DNA of 64,000 nt from Patescibacteria group bacterium. Lineage in GTDB: Bacteria > Patescibacteriota > Microgenomatia > UBA10105 > UBA927. The stretch covers positions 5,092 to 69,091 of the forward strand of contig JAMCTH010000009.1 in the NCBI GenBank assembly GCA_023379025.1. Reading direction: 5' to 3'. A program made the position numbers and the translations under genes. Below are positions 60,454-64,000 of this stretch, one piece after another (within the stretch, counting starts at the first letter, position 1; each line of letters opens with the position of its first letter). A model generated the notes under the pieces. That model had not been told where the DNA came from and searched no databases. It worked only from the letters and a program-made list of their open reading frames with translations.

Positions 60454-62369
60454 TTACCGTCAACCGCTGCCGCGATAACCCTATTCTGTCCCCGATGAGC
60501 GCTCATCCGTGGGAAGCCAAAGCCGCATTTAACGGCTGCGTTATAAAATCGGATGACATCTACCGGATGGTATACCGTGCACTCTCATCTCCCCAGACTA
60601 TTGCCGGGAGTGAACTTCCGCTTTCTACCGTGGGGTACACAGACGGTCCGGATGGCATTCATTTCGAAAATCGAAGACAACTCATCACTCCGGAATTTGA
60701 ATGGGAGCGATACGGCTGTGAAGATCCGAGAGTAACAAAAATAGCTGATACATACCATATATTTTATACCGCTCTTTCTGCGTTTCCCTTTAGTCCGAAT
60801 GGCATCAGAATCGGGGTCGCGCTCACCCAAGATTTCCATACCATTATTGCTAAGCATCCGGTCACACCCTTTAACGCAAAGGCTATGGCGCTCTTTCCCG
60901 AAAAAATTCATGGTAACTATACCGCCATCCTGACGGTTGATACTGACCTGCCTCCGGCGAAAATATGCATCGCGTCTGCCAAAAGCTTATCGGACTTCTG
61001 GGATGCAACATATTGGGACAGATGGCACGAAGAACTGGACACCCACACGCTCCCGCTGTTGCGCTCTACCAGAGACCATCTGGAAGTGGGAGCGCCCCCC
61101 ATTAAAACATCGGAAGGATGGCTTATCATCTACTGTTACATACGCCACTATCAAAGCTCGGCACGGACGTTCGGTATTGAAGCTGTCCTTTTGGATACTG
61201 AGAACCCCATGAAAATTATCGGGAGGACCTCGACTCCCGTGATGGTTCCGCAAAAATCCTATGAACTCCAGGGCAATGTACCAAACGTTATTTTCCCAAC
61301 AGGAGCGCTCCTTAATGCTGACGGTCATACGCTTGCTGTTTATTACGGCGCTACTGATACAACCTGTTGTCGGGCCACAGTGCCGTTGGGAGAGCTTATG
61401 ACCGAACTTACACTGCATTCCGATATGCCGGTCAAAACCGGAATATATAACGTGCTGAAATTTGAACGGTCGCGGGAAAATCCGATTATTTCTCCGGTTG
61501 CCGCACATCCGTGGGAGTCAAAAACAACATTAAATCCTGCAGCAGTCTACAAACAGGGTGCAGTGCACATCCTCTATCGCGCCCAAGGGGCCGATGACCG
61601 ATCGGTTCTTGGTTATGCGACGGCAACAGACGGCATCCATATAGACACACGCTTACCGGAACCCGTGTACAGACCCCGGAATTCATTTGAAGCGATGGGT
61701 TGTGAAGACCCGAGACTCATGTTTCTCGAAAACAGACTGTATATGTGCTATACCGCCTATGATGCAAAAAATCCGACCCGTGTTGCTCTCACTTCCATTT
61801 CGGAAGAGGATTTCCTGAGTAGAAACTGGGTCTGGGACCGGCCGATACTTATCTCACCACCCGGTACGGATGACAAAAACGCGTGTCTCTTTCCGGAAAA
61901 GATAAACGGCAGGTATGTTTTTCTCCACCGGATTGCCCCCTGTATCTGGATCGATTTTATGGACAGTCTGAGATTCGGAAAAGGCATATGGCTCAAAGGA
62001 ACAATTCTTATGGATCCGAGAACCGATTGGTGGGACAGCGAAAAAATCGGTATCGCGTCTCCCCCGATCAAAACTCCCGACGGCTGGCTCCTCCTCTACC
62101 ACGGGCTTTCTAAAATTGACAGAAAATACCGTATCGGAGCCGCACTTCTCCATAAGGAACATCCTGATCACGTGATCGGCAGACTCCGGGAGCCGATCCT
62201 CGAACCGCAGGCCAAATATGAGACGCGCGGGCTCCGGCCCGGTACGGTCTTTGGATGCGGCGCCGTCGTCATAAACGGCATCATCTTCTTCTATTACGGG
62301 GGTGCGGATCAGTGTGTTGCCGTTGCGACGATAAATCTGAAACACCTCGTCACCGCCCTCAAATCCTGA
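60450..62369 (+). CDS. Tandem two-domain GH130-family protein
   Basis: Two full sets of NPI.SP / YRA / GCEDPR / LFPEKI / YYG motifs. Confidence 0.88.
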   Translation: MITVNRCRDNPILSPMSAHPWEAKAAFNGCVIKSDDIYRMVYRALSSPQTIAGSELPLSTVGYTDGPDGIHFENRRQLITPEFEWERYGCEDPRVTKIADTYHIFYTALSAFPFSPNGIRIGVALTQDFHTIIAKHPVTPFNAKAMALFPEKIHGNYTAILTVDTDLPPAKICIASAKSLSDFWDATYWDRWHEELDTHTLPLLRSTRDHLEVGAPPIKTSEGWLIIYCYIRHYQSSARTFGIEAVLLDTENPMKIIGRTSTPVMVPQKSYELQGNVPNVIFPTGALLNADGHTLAVYYGATDTTCCRATVPLGELMTELTLHSDMPVKTGIYNVLKFERSRENPIISPVAAHPWESKTTLNPAAVYKQGAVHILYRAQGADDRSVLGYATATDGIHIDTRLPEPVYRPRNSFEAMGCEDPRLMFLENRLYMCYTAYDAKNPTRVALTSISEEDFLSRNWVWDRPILISPPGTDDKNACLFPEKINGRYVFLHRIAPCIWIDFMDSLRFGKGIWLKGTILMDPRTDWWDSEKIGIASPPIKTPDGWLLLYHGLSKIDRKYRIGAALLHKEHPDHVIGRLREPILEPQAKYETRGLRPGTVFGCGAVVINGIIFFYYGGADQCVAVATINLKHLVTALKS

Positions 62370-62373
62370 AGAT

Positions 62374-63520
62374 TTATTTCTTCGTTTCTTTCGTGGCTGT
62401 TTCGGATACCGGCAGGAGTTTTAGGACGGTAAATGCCGGGCACCGTCAGGAGTTTGTATGGCGGCAAGAATATCGGCGTTTTTCGGAAGCCGGCAGTCAT
62501 TTTTATCAACATAGACCGTATTCATTTCCGTGCGCGCTATCTGCTCGGGGTTTCCCTCCATGGGACAGGGATTTGTCGTATAGACGATGTTTAAAAAATG
62601 CAATCCGTCATGTTCTTTGGGCGATCCCATAGCCTGAAACCGGGAAGGGGGAAACGCCGTATAGAACAGATAGTGGATGAGGTTGTTATTGCGTTCCGTA
62701 GTCATCACCACTTTCGGATAGTGGGCCCTCAGTTTCTCGACGGTGGCAACGAGCTCCGGTTCCGCCGCCGAACGGTACCACGGCTCATGGATCCTGCCGT
62801 GATAGAAATAATTATGCAGAAAGGAAAGAACATTCTGTACGAGAATTGCGCAAATAATGACGGTCACGGCGGGCTTCCAGTTCTTCCGTACGAGGTCCAT
62901 TGCTTCCAGCAACCCTATGCCAGACATGATTGCAAGGGGATAAAGCATGAAGGATGCGCGTTCGACGTTCGGAAGGTCTTCCCACGTCAGGCCTGCAGGT
63001 ACTGCAGCCAGGAGAAGCCAGGTGACCGGAATAAGACAGCGGTACGTTCTTTTCTTTATGCCGTCAACCAAGAGTACCGCAAAGCCGAAAACGATAAACG
63101 GCGCCTCCACCGCATACAGGTTTCCGTTGTTGATAAACAGAAACTGCCCATCAAAATGTTCAAAGTACGAGCTTATGAACAGTCTGCCGTAGAAATCGAG
63201 CTTATTATGGAAAAAGCGTGTTATTAAGGAATTTTGGGTTCCGTCCTCATCCTGCTGCTGCTTAAGGTCCCGCGTCCCTCCCGGTACATTCAGGATGCTG
63301 AGCCTGCGGGCCGCCAGTCTCCGAACTGGTCAATGGCAAGAGGCAGGAAATTTCCGTTCTGATCACGGCCGGTTTTGAGGAGTGAATATGCATTGTAACC
63401 GATACTCACTTCGTCTCCGTGGAGGCCGACCGGCATGCCGGCCAGATTGAAGAATCTGACGGCAAGCCCTGCCAGAATGATGCAGCCAAGAATGATCTGC
63501 GTCCGCAAACGCGCATTCAT
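62374..63520 (-). pseudogene. Disrupted GT-C (ArnT/PMT-like) glycosyltransferase
   Basis: N-terminus DEVSIGYNAYSLLKTGRD.NG...DWRP stops at 63290; the FHNK...YFEHF part continues in another frame; a further frameshift near 62440 separates the PAFTVLKL...KK* tail. Confidence 0.75.
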
Positions 63521-63586
63521 CGTATTACTCCTTTTCCACTATACCACAGAGCGACCGGGGTAACCCGGTTCCGGCGGGAACAAAGC

Positions 63587-64000
63587 CTAGATACGGGGGA
63601 AGATATACCGGGCAACACCGAGTTTTTCCAGAACTTCTGCGGTCCACGGGGTCAGTCCTCCATACCACCCCAATACCATGGAAATTCCCACCAGTATGAG
63701 GAGAAGTCCCGCTATCATGTTAAGACCCGCGATATGCCCCCGGAGCCTTCGGAGAAACGGGTAGGAACTGCCGAAGGTAAGCGCTACCGCGACAAACGGT
63801 ACGGCGATGCCCGCCGCGTAGACAAGAAGGAGCATCATGCCGCCCGCCCCGTTTCCCGTGGTGGCGGCAAGGGTCAGGATCGCCCCGAGGGTCGGGCCGA
63901 CACACGGAGACCAGGTCAGCGCGAAAACGACACCGAGGAAAAACGGATTTACCAGCCGGAGCCGGTAGACCGCTCCCGGCATTTCAAGACGGAATCCCAC
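63587..64000 (-). CDS. ccdA: CcdA/DsbD transmembrane thiol-disulfide transporter, 5' end outside window
   Basis: FALTWSPCVGPTLGAIL and YAAGIAVPF motifs. Confidence 0.85.
   Translation of the reverse strand: MGFRLEMPGAVYRLRLVNPFFLGVVFALTWSPCVGPTLGAILTLAATTGNGAGGMMLLLVYAAGIAVPFVAVALTFGSSYPFLRRLRGHIAGLNMIAGLLLILVGISMVLGWYGGLTPWTAEVLEKLGVARYIFPRI

Overview
A 64 kb window of a bacterial chromosome, mostly GC-rich with a few AT-rich patches. Gene content points to a Patescibacteria/CPR organism, probably Microgenomates (inference): short MetRS and ValRS, FemAB pair, tandem PBP1A, GH130 pair, PilN/PilO, Pro/Thr-rich surface proteins, RRM protein, YkuK. Housekeeping genes are murJ, rpsT, tpiA, pcrA, a UvrD-nuclease fusion, rmuC, metG, tatD, groES/groEL with a CIRCE, tsaD and valS, alongside cell-envelope glycosylation genes and two decayed genes. 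I saw no rRNA, tRNA, CRISPR or transposase. The best finding is a Met-codon-rich leader peptide (21015-21059) followed by a complete 1:2 / 2:3 / 3:4 attenuator, upstream of a same-strand gene run leading to metG: a candidate methionine-sensing, ribosome-dependent attenuator. Also notable: 7/8/9-nt periodic micro-repeat tracts inserted in frame in conserved genes (five in tsaD), an 80-bp palindromic element inserted in frame in a helicase, pervasive leaderless promoter architecture, and a modular Cys-rich surface protein. All product calls come from motif recognition by eye, not database searches.
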